From: Candidatus Shapirobacteria bacterium
GTDB lineage: Bacteria > Patescibacteriota > Microgenomatia > UBA12405 > BS750m-G30
DNA: 44,227 bases
Direction of reading: 5' to 3'
Assembly: GCA_016783425.1 (NCBI GenBank)
Contig: JADHWP010000002.1
Coordinates: 1 to 44,227 of the forward strand
Shown here piece by piece: positions 7,219-16,710 of the stretch. Under the pieces are notes generated by a model. The model saw nothing but the letters and a program-made list of their open reading frames with translations. It had not been told where the DNA came from and did not search any database. Both the position numbers and the translations under genes were made by a program. Every line of letters starts with the position of its first letter. Position 1 is the stretch's first letter.

Positions 7219-9498
7219 ATGGATAAAAGATATCAGCCTCAACTGTTTGAGCAGAAAATTTATAAAGAGTGGGAGAAAAAGGGCTTGTTTACGCCGAAAG
7301 TGGATAAAAAGAAAAAGCCCTTTACGATTCTTTTGCCCCTGCCTAATGCCAGCGATCCCATGCACGTGGGCCATGTAATGTTTGTCATTGAAGATATCAT
7401 GATTCGTTATCATAAAATGCTGGGCGAACCAACTCTTTGGCTGCCCGGGGGTGATCATGCCGGCATTGAAACCCAATTCGTTTTTGAGAAAAAATTGGCC
7501 AAAAAAGGAAAGAGCCGCTTTGACTATGACCGAAAAACTCTTTATCGGATGATTTGGAAGTTTGTGGAGAAAAATCGCAAGCTAAATATGTTTCAGATGA
7601 AAGAACTGGGGTTTGCTCTCGATTGGTCTCGCTATCACTATAGTTTGGAACCGAAAATAGTGGAGCAAATTTTAGCCACTTTCAAAAAACTTCACGATGA
7701 TAATTTAATTTATCGGGGAGAAAGAATTGTTAATTACTGCACCTATTGCGGCACCGCTTTTTCTGATCTGGAGGTTGATCATGTTGAAAAAGATGATTTT
7801 CTTTATTATCTTGATTACGAATCAGTTCAAATTGCCACTACCAGGCCGGAAACTATTTTTGCGGATGTGGCCGTAGCCGTTAATCCGAAAGACAAAAGAT
7901 ATAAAAAGTTAATAGGTAAGGAGGCCACTATTCCTTTAATTAATAAAAAAGTAAAAATTATTGCCGATGATTTGGTAGAAAAAGAGTTTGGCACGGGAGC
8001 TTTAAAAATTACTCCCGCTCATGATGCTCTTGATTTTGAAATTGGCCAAAAGCATCATTTACCCCTAATTACTTGCATTGAGTTTTTCGGAAAAATGATC
8101 AATACGATTAAAGAAATTGATGGCCTTTATCCCAAACAAGCGAGAAAAAAAACCCTTGAATTGCTTGAAAGATCGGGAAAGTTAGTTAAAACCGAGCCCT
8201 TGCGCCACACTATCGGCATTTGTTATCGCTGCAAAAACATTATTGAGCCTCTGCCCACTTCCCAGTGGTATGTTAAAACTAAAAAATTAGCTGAACCGGT
8301 AATTGATTCTGTTAAAAGCGGGGACACAAAGTTATTTCCGCCCCGATTTAAAAAAGTTTATTTAGACTGGATGGAGAATATTCGGGATTGGAATATTTCC
8401 CGCCAAATTGTTTGGGGGCCGCGAATTCCGGCCTGGTATTGTCTGGAGTGTAATCCCGAAATCAGGCTTACTTTTATTTCCAAAAGAGGGAAAAAAGTAA
8501 AAGGAAACTACTCCGGGATTTTCTCTAAATATTCTTTTAAAGAAATAGCCGGAGGCTTGCAGGAATTGAGCGCGCCGGTGGAAGCGGAGTATTTTTTGAA
8601 GGATAAAGGCGAGTGTCCTCGTTGTGGAGGAAGCGATTATTTGCAGGAAACAGACACTTTTGACACCTGGTTTTTATCAGGCCAGTGGCCCCTGACTACC
8701 CTGGGTTTTGATGTTAAAAACCCCATGAAAAGTTCAGAAGATTTTTTCTATTTTTACCCCACCAGCGTTCTGGATACTCTTTGGGATATTTTATTCTTCT
8801 GGGTCGGGCGAATGATGATTTTGGGTTTTTATTTGGCCAACAAAACTCCTTTTGAACTTATTCATCTGCACGCCAAGGTGGTAGATGAGCGGGGGCAAAA
8901 AATGAGCAAAAGCAAGGGTAATGTAGCTAATCCCAGCAAGATAGTCGAAAAGTATGGCGCTGACGCTTTGCGCATGGCTCTTGTTTACGGCATTGCTCCG
9001 GCTAGCAATATTGCTCTATCCGAGAAAAAGATTGAGGCGATGCGTAATTTCACCAACAAACTTTGGAATGCCTCAAGATTCATTTTAATGAATCTTGAAT
9101 CTTCAAACTTCAAACTTCAAACTTCAAAGCAGCTCCTAAAAGTGAAAAGCTTAAAAAATAAAGATGATCAGCAGATTTTGGCTGGTTTGGAAAAGTTGGT
9201 TGAGGAAGTTGATAAGAATTTAAAAAAATACCGTTTTGGCCAGGCCCTGGAAAAAATATACCAGTTTTTCTGGCATCAGTTTTGTGATGATTATTTAGAA
9301 AAAGTTAAAGAAAGGAGGGCGGAGGCTTTGCCGGTTTTACTGGAGGTTTTAGTAACTTGCCTTAAATTGCTTCATCCTTTTGCTCCGTTTGTCACCGAGG
9401 CAATTTACCAGACCTTTAAAGTGAAGCTTAAAAAACATTCTTTGTTTAAAGCGGATTATTTAATGGTATCTGTATGGCCTCAAAAAGATTCTGGCTAA
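7219..9498 (+). CDS. valS: Valine--tRNA ligase (compact, no C-terminal coiled coil)
   Basis: HVGH, DHAGIETQ, ATTRPET, GTGALKITPAHD, DWNISRQIVWG, DTFDTWF, KMSKSKGN, LHPFAPFVTE. Confidence 0.95.
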   Translation: MDKRYQPQLFEQKIYKEWEKKGLFTPKVDKKKKPFTILLPLPNASDPMHVGHVMFVIEDIMIRYHKMLGEPTLWLPGGDHAGIETQFVFEKKLAKKGKSRFDYDRKTLYRMIWKFVEKNRKLNMFQMKELGFALDWSRYHYSLEPKIVEQILATFKKLHDDNLIYRGERIVNYCTYCGTAFSDLEVDHVEKDDFLYYLDYESVQIATTRPETIFADVAVAVNPKDKRYKKLIGKEATIPLINKKVKIIADDLVEKEFGTGALKITPAHDALDFEIGQKHHLPLITCIEFFGKMINTIKEIDGLYPKQARKKTLELLERSGKLVKTEPLRHTIGICYRCKNIIEPLPTSQWYVKTKKLAEPVIDSVKSGDTKLFPPRFKKVYLDWMENIRDWNISRQIVWGPRIPAWYCLECNPEIRLTFISKRGKKVKGNYSGIFSKYSFKEIAGGLQELSAPVEAEYFLKDKGECPRCGGSDYLQETDTFDTWFLSGQWPLTTLGFDVKNPMKSSEDFFYFYPTSVLDTLWDILFFWVGRMMILGFYLANKTPFELIHLHAKVVDERGQKMSKSKGNVANPSKIVEKYGADALRMALVYGIAPASNIALSEKKIEAMRNFTNKLWNASRFILMNLESSNFKLQTSKQLLKVKSLKNKDDQQILAGLEKLVEEVDKNLKKYRFGQALEKIYQFFWHQFCDDYLEKVKERRAEALPVLLEVLVTCLKLLHPFAPFVTEAIYQTFKVKLKKHSLFKADYLMVSVWPQKDSG
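9101..9128 (+). repeat. Tandem heptamer (CTTCAAA)x4 inside valS
   Basis: Four exact copies, encoding SNFKLQTSK. Confidence 0.9.
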
Positions 9499-9968
9499 TT
9501 ATTACTGTTGTTTTTTCCCTTCTTTTTATCCTGGGTATTTCTTCAGGGGGTGAGTGCCGGATTATTGGCTGGCGCGCGCTGAAAGAAAAAGATAATTTGA
9601 ATTTGCAGCTTAAAATGGCCGGTTGTTTTTTGGAAAACAAAGAATTTGGTAAAACAGAAGAAAAATTAGAAGAGGTTAATAATTTAGTTAAAGCGGATGA
9701 TCTTTTTTTAAGCGAGCAAATAGCCGTTTATGAAGCCAGATTAAGAGCGGCTGATTCCCAAAAAAGGCAAAAGGAAATCTTGTTTTGGAAACAAAGGGTG
9801 GTTGCCAACCCCCCTTATCCGGACGCGTGGGCGAGCTTGGGACTTTTGTGGCGCCAGCAGGGAGAAGAGCAAAAGTCGCGCTTAAGCTTAAAAAAAGCCT
9901 GTAGCCTAGCGCCGGGAAGAGAAGATATAGTTTTAATCGCCAACCAGCTAGGTTTTTTGTGCCAGTAA
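9474..9968 (+). CDS. Membrane-anchored TPR-like protein
   Basis: N-terminal TM; P.YPDAWASLGLLW...GE...SR..LKKA..LAP. Confidence 0.6.
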   Translation: MASKRFWLIITVVFSLLFILGISSGGECRIIGWRALKEKDNLNLQLKMAGCFLENKEFGKTEEKLEEVNNLVKADDLFLSEQIAVYEARLRAADSQKRQKEILFWKQRVVANPPYPDAWASLGLLWRQQGEEQKSRLSLKKACSLAPGREDIVLIANQLGFLCQ

Positions 9969-9979
9969 TATTTGACAAG

Positions 9980-10093
9980 ATGAAAACAAAAAGTAAAACT
10001 AAAAAGTTACCAATTTGGAAGTTGAATAAAATTGTTATCGGTAAGAATAAGGGTAAAAAGTTAAACAAGGACGATCAATTAATTTATAGATAA
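9980..10093 (+). CDS. Possible 37-aa basic small protein
   Basis: MKTKSKTKKLPIWKLNKIVIGKNKGKKLNKDDQLIYR*; no family recognised. Confidence 0.25.
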   Translation: MKTKSKTKKLPIWKLNKIVIGKNKGKKLNKDDQLIYR

Positions 10094-10227
10094 ATAAACT
10101 ATCGAGAATTAAAAGTCTTTTTTTATCACTGCCCTAATTTTATTTTAGCATAGCCTAAGTTTTCTTAGCTGACGAACCACTCTCTGGAGTAGAGGTTCCA
10201 ACATAGCCCACTAGGGCCTGCATGGGT

Positions 10228-10530
10228 CTACAAAGTGGCCTTAATTTTGTCGTTGCTATATTGGTGTAAAATGCTGGCGGCTAGGGTTTGATAAGGAAGG
10301 CCGTTTTCGGCTGCTTTTGTTTTTAATTTTTCTAGGTCCCTGATATTTAGGCGGATATTAATATTTTTTAATTTAGCCAGAGTGTTTTTAGCCGATTGTT
10401 TATAAAGTTTTTTAAAACTATTAAGATCATCGGCCACTTCATACTTGCCGCTTTCGACGGCTTTTTCAATTTCTTTTTCTTCTGCAGTTAGTTTTAAATT
10501 CCTAAAAGGATTTTTACTTACTTTGTTCAT
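10228..10530 (-). CDS. CopG/BrnA-like RHH antitoxin
   Basis: L..EE.EIE, INIRL...DL..LK.KA...GLPYQTL..SILH. Confidence 0.8.
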   Translation of the reverse strand: MNKVSKNPFRNLKLTAEEKEIEKAVESGKYEVADDLNSFKKLYKQSAKNTLAKLKNINIRLNIRDLEKLKTKAAENGLPYQTLAASILHQYSNDKIKATL

Positions 10531-10533
10531 TTT

Positions 10534-10821
10534 TTATTTTCTCCTTTCTTCTAAATATATTTTAGTAAATTTGCGGCTGGGAAAAATAGTTTTTAAGAAT
10601 ATTTTGCTTTTAGTTTCAATACAGGGGATCAGATAAGCGTATTCTTCAATTTCTACTATTAATATTTTTTGATTGAGATATTTCTTTTGATTTGGATGTT
10701 TAATAGCTGTAATTAATTGATTACTTTTAATTGCTTCAACCACCTGTTCGAAAGAAACCCCTCTAGTTTTTTTTAAAAGAGCATTTTTTTCATTACTCCA
10801 ATCAAATATTTTTTCTTTCAC
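10534..10821 (-). CDS. BrnT-like ribonuclease toxin
   Basis: FDWSNEKN..LKKTRGVSFE, HPN..KY.NQ, FLKTIFPSRK; start reassigned to GTG 10821. Confidence 0.8.
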   Translation of the reverse strand: MKEKIFDWSNEKNALLKKTRGVSFEQVVEAIKSNQLITAIKHPNQKKYLNQKILIVEIEEYAYLIPCIETKSKIFLKTIFPSRKFTKIYLEERRK

Positions 10822-10828
10822 CGCCAAT

Positions 10829-10857
10829 ATTTTATGACAAAGAATACTACTTGTCAA
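10829..10857 (-). promoter_or_regulatory. Sigma70 promoter of the BrnT-like TA operon (leaderless)
   Basis: TTGACA-17 nt-TAAAAT, 7 nt before GTG. Confidence 0.75.
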
Positions 10858-11011
10858 GAGACAATTTAAAAATACTGGGATAGTTTCACGTTTATTGAGG
10901 CTTGAGAAATTGGTTGAGTAATCTCTTCCAGTCCGAAAAAAGTTGATATTATATATAGTAATTTGTTATAGTATATAAAGTTGTTAATTTAAAATTGGGA
11001 GTTTAATAAAA

Positions 11012-11662
11012 ATGACTGAAAGAGCTAAAAGAATTGGCGAGGTAGTAGAAATTCGTAATGTTTCTCTTGTGGCGGGAAGGTCTGAACTAAAAGCTTTGCC
11101 GACTGATGTTACCCTTTTTCTACAAGTTTTTAAAGGGGCAGTCTTGGCAGATGAAGTTGAGGGTTTTGAAGTTTCCGAATGTTTAATTAATAGAGCTTTA
11201 CAAATTGAGCTTTCTCCGGACAAAAGGGTCCGTTTAGGGGTAACTGACGGCCGTTCTTCTAAACATGTAGTTTTTTTATCTCTCGAAACAGGGAGAGAGG
11301 GACTTACTTGGCTTCCTTTAGTACGCGTTTTTGCTCATCTAGAGAATGGAAAAAGAAAAGACAGAGAGGTCATTTGTTGGGCGGTTAAACAATCAGGCAG
11401 GGATAGAACTGCTATGCAGACAATTTATTCAGAAGCAAGTCAAAAAAGAAGGGTTTGCTCTCATCAAGTAGTGGGAAGATTAGCTTCGGCTTGGCAGTCT
11501 TTTTTATCAACAGGCAATCTTTTACCTTATAGCCAGATGAGAGGGCAAGTAGATGTAAGCGAAGTAGCTAGGGCTCTTTTTACTTCTTTTTCTGATCTTG
11601 TAGAGCAAGGAAGCGGAGAGGTTGAAATTCCTACCCATTTGCTTTTAAAACCCCAAGAATAA
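11012..11662 (+). CDS. Hypothetical protein
   Basis: 216-aa ORF with GGGAG SD-like sequence; no family recognised. Confidence 0.6.
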   Translation: MTERAKRIGEVVEIRNVSLVAGRSELKALPTDVTLFLQVFKGAVLADEVEGFEVSECLINRALQIELSPDKRVRLGVTDGRSSKHVVFLSLETGREGLTWLPLVRVFAHLENGKRKDREVICWAVKQSGRDRTAMQTIYSEASQKRRVCSHQVVGRLASAWQSFLSTGNLLPYSQMRGQVDVSEVARALFTSFSDLVEQGSGEVEIPTHLLLKPQE

Positions 11663-11709
11663 TAACTCTTCTTTCGGAGAGCTGAAAGTAGTGTTATAAT
11701 TTCTTCGTC

Positions 11710-12753
11710 GTGAAAAAAATCAAAAAACTGATTGTTTCTAAAAAGTGGTGGGTGGTTGTTATTCTGATTTTGCTTTTGGGGGTTGGTTTGGTTTTGAGAA
11801 AAAGAAGTGAAGATATCGCGGAGGAAAAAAACAAAACCGAATTGGTTAAGGTCAAGCGGGGGGATCTTCAAAGGGCGGTGGTTTTGTCCGGGCAGGTTGA
11901 GGCAAGAGAGAAAGCTAATTTGCGTTTTCAAACCTCGGGTCTGCTTTCCTGGGTGGGAGTCAAAAAGGGCGATTGGGTAAAAGAATACCAGGTTCTGGCT
12001 TCTCTGGACAAACAGGAGCTGCAAAAAACCTTTCAAAAAGAAATGTATGATTATGTCAACGAAAGGCATGATTTTGAACAGGGCGAGGATGATTACGAAC
12101 ATACCGAGCGCTGGTTTGAGTTATCTGATGAGGTCAAAAGGATTTTGCAAAAAAATCAGAACGATTTAAGCAGAGCGGTTTTGGATGTAGAGTTGGCTGA
12201 TTTGGCGGTAAAATATGCGACCTTGGTAACCCCAATAGAGGGGCTGGTTACTTCAGTTGACACTCCTTATGCGGGGGTAAACATCACTCCGGCCACGGCC
12301 GAATTTCAAGTAGTTAACCCTTACAGTATTTATTTTTCCGCTCAAGCGGACGAGGAGGAAGTGGTGGGGTTGGGGCCGGGAATGGCGGCGGCGGTCTCTT
12401 TGGATGCCTATCCGGATCGGGAATTTTTCGGGACGATTGAAAGGGTGGCGTTTACTCCGGTAAGCGCCGGGACCAGTCCCAACTATGAAGTTGAGGTAAG
12501 TTTCGGGGATTATGATAATCAGGATTTAGGTTTGCGCTTAGGGATGGAGGGGGAGGCGGAAATAATTCTTTTTTCGCGGGAAAATGTTTTAGTTATTCCG
12601 GTTGAAGCTTTGCGGGGAAATAATGAAGATTGGGTTTATGTCATGGTTAACGGCGAAAAGGAAAAGCGGGAGATTGTTAAAGGCTTGGAGACTGAAGATG
12701 AGGTGGAGATAGTCTCGGGTTTGATTGAGGGTGAGCTGGTTTTGGTGGAGTAA
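11710..12753 (+). CDS. Efflux membrane-fusion (adaptor) subunit, MacA-like
   Basis: N-terminal TM, lipoyl-like GxV..V.V..GD.V, PI.G.V, GMEG, GL.EGE. Confidence 0.9.
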   Translation: MKKIKKLIVSKKWWVVVILILLLGVGLVLRKRSEDIAEEKNKTELVKVKRGDLQRAVVLSGQVEAREKANLRFQTSGLLSWVGVKKGDWVKEYQVLASLDKQELQKTFQKEMYDYVNERHDFEQGEDDYEHTERWFELSDEVKRILQKNQNDLSRAVLDVELADLAVKYATLVTPIEGLVTSVDTPYAGVNITPATAEFQVVNPYSIYFSAQADEEEVVGLGPGMAAAVSLDAYPDREFFGTIERVAFTPVSAGTSPNYEVEVSFGDYDNQDLGLRLGMEGEAEIILFSRENVLVIPVEALRGNNEDWVYVMVNGEKEKREIVKGLETEDEVEIVSGLIEGELVLVE

Positions 12754-12754
12754 G

Positions 12755-13456
12755 ATGAGCAAGAAAAACCCCCTGATGTCTTTAGCTAAAATAGCCAAGC
12801 ATTATTATTTAGATGAGGTAGTGGTTAAAGCTTTAGATGGGGTGAGTTTGGATATTAACCAGGGGGATTTGGTGACTATTGTCGGAACTTCAGGTTCAGG
12901 CAAGTCCACCTTGCTGCACATGCTGGGCTTGTTGGATCGGCCCTCAAGCGGAAAAATTGTTTATCTTGGGAAAAATACCAGGAATCTTACTGATGAACAG
13001 TTGGCCAGGTTGCGAAACGAAACCCTAGGCTTTGTTTTCCAATCCTTTAATTTGCTTTCGCGCACTTCCGCTTTAGATAACGTTTTGCTTCCTGTTTGGT
13101 ATCATGATTCTCTGACCTTTCCTCAAGCCAAAAAAAGAGCGGGAAAGTTATTTGCCGAATTTGGGATGAGCCAAAGGGCGGATCATTTTTCCAATCAGCT
13201 TTCAGGGGGAGAGCAGCAACGGGTAGCGATTATGCGCTCCTTACTTACTGATCCTAAAATTATTTTTGCGGATGAACCGACCGGGAATTTGGACTCTAAA
13301 ACCGGCCGGGAGATTATTAATATTTTGTTGGATTTAAATCAGAAACAAGGAAAAACTTTGGTTTTGGTCACCCACGATTTAGATTTAGCCAAATTGGGTA
13401 AAAAAAGAATTTATTTAAAAGACGGGAAGATTTTAAAGATGGAGGAGGGCAGGTGA
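12755..13456 (+). CDS. ABC transporter ATP-binding protein (MacB/LolD-like)
   Basis: [42 protein letters not shown]. Confidence 0.95.
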   Translation: MSKKNPLMSLAKIAKHYYLDEVVVKALDGVSLDINQGDLVTIVGTSGSGKSTLLHMLGLLDRPSSGKIVYLGKNTRNLTDEQLARLRNETLGFVFQSFNLLSRTSALDNVLLPVWYHDSLTFPQAKKRAGKLFAEFGMSQRADHFSNQLSGGEQQRVAIMRSLLTDPKIIFADEPTGNLDSKTGREIINILLDLNQKQGKTLVLVTHDLDLAKLGKKRIYLKDGKILKMEEGR

Positions 13457-14655
13457 AATTAGCCAAGCTTGGTTTTTTTAAGGTGGCCCTGGAGCAGTTA
13501 AGGCGGAATAAATTGCGTTCATTTTTAACCATGCTGGGGATGATTATTGGCGTTTCTTCGGTTATTTTACTTATTAGCATTGGCAGTGGCTTAAAAGCTT
13601 ATATTAACGAGCAGTTTGAAGATTTAGGCAGTAATATTGTTTACGTGATGCCGGTAGCCGAAGCCCAGCTTCGCGGCCAGGGGGGCGGTTTTTCTCCGGG
13701 AGCGACCACTACTTTTGATCAGGCGGATTTGGCGGATTTGGAACGCCTTAAATTAGCGGATCTGGTGGTGCCGATGGCTAATTTTTCCGCCCTGGCGGCT
13801 TATAAAAGCGAGGAGTTTTTGGCCCAGGGATTGGGTTGTACCGTGGATATTGCGGAAAGTATGAATTTAAAGTTTGAGTACGGCCGGTTTTTTACCAAAT
13901 CCGAAGAAAGCCGGGGGAAAAGCATCGTGGTTTTGGCCGGAAAAGTAAAAGAAGAGCTTTTTGGAGAAAGTAATCCGGTGGGGAAAAAAATTAAGGTGGA
14001 GGGAGAAGTTTTTGAAGTGGTGGGGAGTGTGGCCAAAAAAGGCGGAGGATTGGGCAATGATATTGACAGTCATGTTTATTTGCCTTATAAAACTGTTTGG
14101 AGATTGTTGGGGAAAAAAGAGTTTCATTTTTTTACGGTTAGCGCCAAAAGTCAGGAAGAAATTCCGGAGCTGAAAAATGAAATTGAAAAAGCGCTGCTTA
14201 AGAATTACGAAGAGGATGATTTTTCGGTAGTGGATCAGGCGGATTTGCTTTCCACTATTGGCAATATTTTAAATATTCTAACGGCGGGGCTGGCGGGAAT
14301 TGCCGCGATTTCTTTAGTGGTAGGCGGGGTGGGGATTATGAATATTATGTTTGTTTCCGTGACCGAGCGGATTAAAGAAATTGGTTTGCGCAAAGCGGTC
14401 GGGGCAACTTCCAGTGATATTCTCTGGCAGTTTTTATTGGAATCGGTGGTAGTGGCGGTGGTGGGCGGGTTAATTGGGGTTGTTTTCAGCTGGCTGCTCA
14501 CCCTGGTGATAAATAAATTTTTCCCGGCCCAGGTTACTTTATGGTCGGTAGTATTAGCCTTTGGAGTTTCTTCGTTAATCGGGGTTGTTTTTGGGGTCGT
14601 GCCCGCCCGTCGCGCGGCCGCTTTATCCCCGATTGAGGCCTTAAGATATGAGTAA
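13453..14655 (+). CDS. ABC transporter permease (MacB/FtsX-like)
   Basis: RSFLTMLGMIIGV, GGVGIMNIM..SVTERIKEIGLRKAVGA, PARRAA.L.PIEALRYE. Confidence 0.95.
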   Translation: MKLAKLGFFKVALEQLRRNKLRSFLTMLGMIIGVSSVILLISIGSGLKAYINEQFEDLGSNIVYVMPVAEAQLRGQGGGFSPGATTTFDQADLADLERLKLADLVVPMANFSALAAYKSEEFLAQGLGCTVDIAESMNLKFEYGRFFTKSEESRGKSIVVLAGKVKEELFGESNPVGKKIKVEGEVFEVVGSVAKKGGGLGNDIDSHVYLPYKTVWRLLGKKEFHFFTVSAKSQEEIPELKNEIEKALLKNYEEDDFSVVDQADLLSTIGNILNILTAGLAGIAAISLVVGGVGIMNIMFVSVTERIKEIGLRKAVGATSSDILWQFLLESVVVAVVGGLIGVVFSWLLTLVINKFFPAQVTLWSVVLAFGVSSLIGVVFGVVPARRAAALSPIEALRYE

Positions 14656-15400
14656 AACTCTAATTACTCGAACCAAAAAGTGGTTAAAACAAAGGGGAAT
14701 TGAGTGGGTTATTTGGGATCTGGATGATACTTTACTTGAGACTTATGAATTGTTTGTTGCCAAGATTGATAAGTTTTATAAATCAGTTTGTGGCCGGCTT
14801 CCATCAGGTTTAAGCCAAGAAGATTTTCGAAAAATAATTTACAAGATTATTGCTAGAGTTCGCAAAAGGCGGTCAGTTAATCCAATCTTTTGGCAAGATG
14901 TGATAGAGCAGTTAGCAAATAAATACCCCGATGTTGAGCCTAATGTTTTCTCTGATAATTTATCAGTGTTGCTGGAAGTTTATCAGGAGGCATCTGCCTT
15001 AGTGCCAAATGCTTTAGAGGTTTTAAAAATTTTTAGAAAGACAAAGATAAAAATGGCAGTTTTGACTCATGCTTCTCAAGAGTGGACGGATATTAAATTG
15101 AAAACTCATGGTTTGAGCAAGTTTTTTAAAGATGTTTTTACCGCCAGCATTGATGATTTTAAAGGGACGAAACATTGGCAAGAGGCAATTGCTTCACTAG
15201 GAGTTGACCCCAAAAAAGTATTGGTGGTTGGGGATAGTGTTGAGGGGGATATTAGGGCTGCTCGAAAAGCGGGAGTCAAGCATCTTGTTTACGTTGGGAG
15301 CTCTTGGGATTTACATGCCCGGGGAGAAATGCCTGAAAGAGTAATTGAGGTGGAAAACTTGGAGGGAATATTTGGTATTTTTTCAGAACAAGAAATTTAG
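14648..15400 (+). CDS. HAD-family hydrolase
   Basis: WDLDDTL, LTH, K, VVGDS..GDI. Confidence 0.85.
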   Translation: MSKTLITRTKKWLKQRGIEWVIWDLDDTLLETYELFVAKIDKFYKSVCGRLPSGLSQEDFRKIIYKIIARVRKRRSVNPIFWQDVIEQLANKYPDVEPNVFSDNLSVLLEVYQEASALVPNALEVLKIFRKTKIKMAVLTHASQEWTDIKLKTHGLSKFFKDVFTASIDDFKGTKHWQEAIASLGVDPKKVLVVGDSVEGDIRAARKAGVKHLVYVGSSWDLHARGEMPERVIEVENLEGIFGIFSEQEI

Positions 15401-15455
15401 TACAATAGGAGGATAATTAAGTGTTTAAAATATATTTTTTAAAGGAGGATTATTA

Positions 15456-15788
15456 ATGGGAGTTTTAACTTTAAACGATAAGAATTTTAAAAAGGAAGTT
15501 TTGGAAGACAAGGGAGTGGTAGTGGTTGATTTTTGGGCGCCGTGGTGCGGGCCCTGCCAAATTATGGGGCCGATTTCGGAGGAGTTTGCCAGTAAAATGG
15601 AAGGTAGAGTAAAAGTGGGAAAGCTCAACATTGATGAGGGAGGTTTGGTAGCTGGTAAATATAAAGTTATGAGCATTCCTACTTTGATTATTTTTAAAAA
15701 CGGAGAGGCTAAAAAGCAGTTAGTGGGAGTTCAGCCCAAAGATATTTTAGCGAAGGAAGTTAAACCTTTTTTAGTAAAAAATGAGTGA
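15456..15788 (+). CDS. trxA: Thioredoxin
   Basis: DFWAPWCGPC, SIPT; SD AAGGAGG. Confidence 0.95.
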   Translation: MGVLTLNDKNFKKEVLEDKGVVVVDFWAPWCGPCQIMGPISEEFASKMEGRVKVGKLNIDEGGLVAGKYKVMSIPTLIIFKNGEAKKQLVGVQPKDILAKEVKPFLVKNE

Positions 15789-16710
15789 GATTTATGATCT
15801 GGTTATTGTCGGCGGCGGGCCGGCGGGTTTAACCGCCGCTATTTACGCTACCCGCTATCAGTTAAAAACCCTGGTTTTAGCAACTGTTTTTGGCGGTACC
15901 GCCGCGCAAGCCCACAAAATTTGTAATTTTCCTTCTTATAAAAGCATTAAGGGATTTGAATTGATGGAGAAAATGAGAATTCACGCTCAAGATTCCGGAG
16001 CGGAAATGAAAATGGCCACTGTTAAAAGGATAGAAAAAAAAGGAGAGAAATTTAAGATTTTAGTGGGTTCAGAAGAATATTTAGCCAAAACCATAGTTTT
16101 GGCTTTGGGAATGAAGCATCGGCAGTTGGGCTTATCTAATGAGAGCAAGTATTTAGGCAGGGGTTTGTCATATTGCTTTACCTGTGATGGAAGTTTTTTT
16201 AAAAATAGAGTGGTGGCGGTAGTTGGGGGCTCCAATGCGGCGGTGACGGCTGTTTTATATTTTGCCGAAATTTGTCCCAAGGTTTATTTAATTTATCGCA
16301 AAAATAAACTTCGGGCCGAACCGGTTTGGACTAATCTTTTGGCAAAAAAGAAAAATGTGGAGATTGTTTATGATACTAATGTGATAGGGCTTTCGGGTGA
16401 GAGTAAATTAGAGAAAATAAAATTGGATAAAAATTATCAAAATAAAAGAGAAATTGTTACTGACGGGCTTTTTATTGAAATTGGTGGAGAACCAACTCGT
16501 AAATTGATTCAATTGCTGGCAGTAGAAATTGATGAACAGGGGTTTGCGAAAATTAATTCTGGTGGTGAAACTAATATTCAAGGTGTTTGGGCCGCCGGTG
16601 ATATGACAGTGGCTTCAGACGGTTTTCGCCAGATTATTACCGCTTGCGCCCAGGGGGCAGTTGCCGCCCAGAGTGTTTTTAAATATTTACAAAGAGAGAA
16701 AAAGAAATGA
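15781..16710 (+). CDS. trxB: Thioredoxin reductase
   Basis: GGGPAGLTAA, GLSYCFTCDG, GVWAAGD. Confidence 0.9.
   Translation: MSEIYDLVIVGGGPAGLTAAIYATRYQLKTLVLATVFGGTAAQAHKICNFPSYKSIKGFELMEKMRIHAQDSGAEMKMATVKRIEKKGEKFKILVGSEEYLAKTIVLALGMKHRQLGLSNESKYLGRGLSYCFTCDGSFFKNRVVAVVGGSNAAVTAVLYFAEICPKVYLIYRKNKLRAEPVWTNLLAKKKNVEIVYDTNVIGLSGESKLEKIKLDKNYQNKREIVTDGLFIEIGGEPTRKLIQLLAVEIDEQGFAKINSGGETNIQGVWAAGDMTVASDGFRQIITACAQGAVAAQSVFKYLQREKKK

Noticed and set aside
8430..8640. Intein in valS
   Set aside because: Insertion is too short and lacks the C-terminal HN splice motif
11527..12102. 191-aa antisense ORF and other shadow ORFs (e.g. 41675..42262, 9688..10068, 24575..24790)
   Set aside because: They overlap well-supported genes or RNA elements on the opposite strand and show no recognisable motifs
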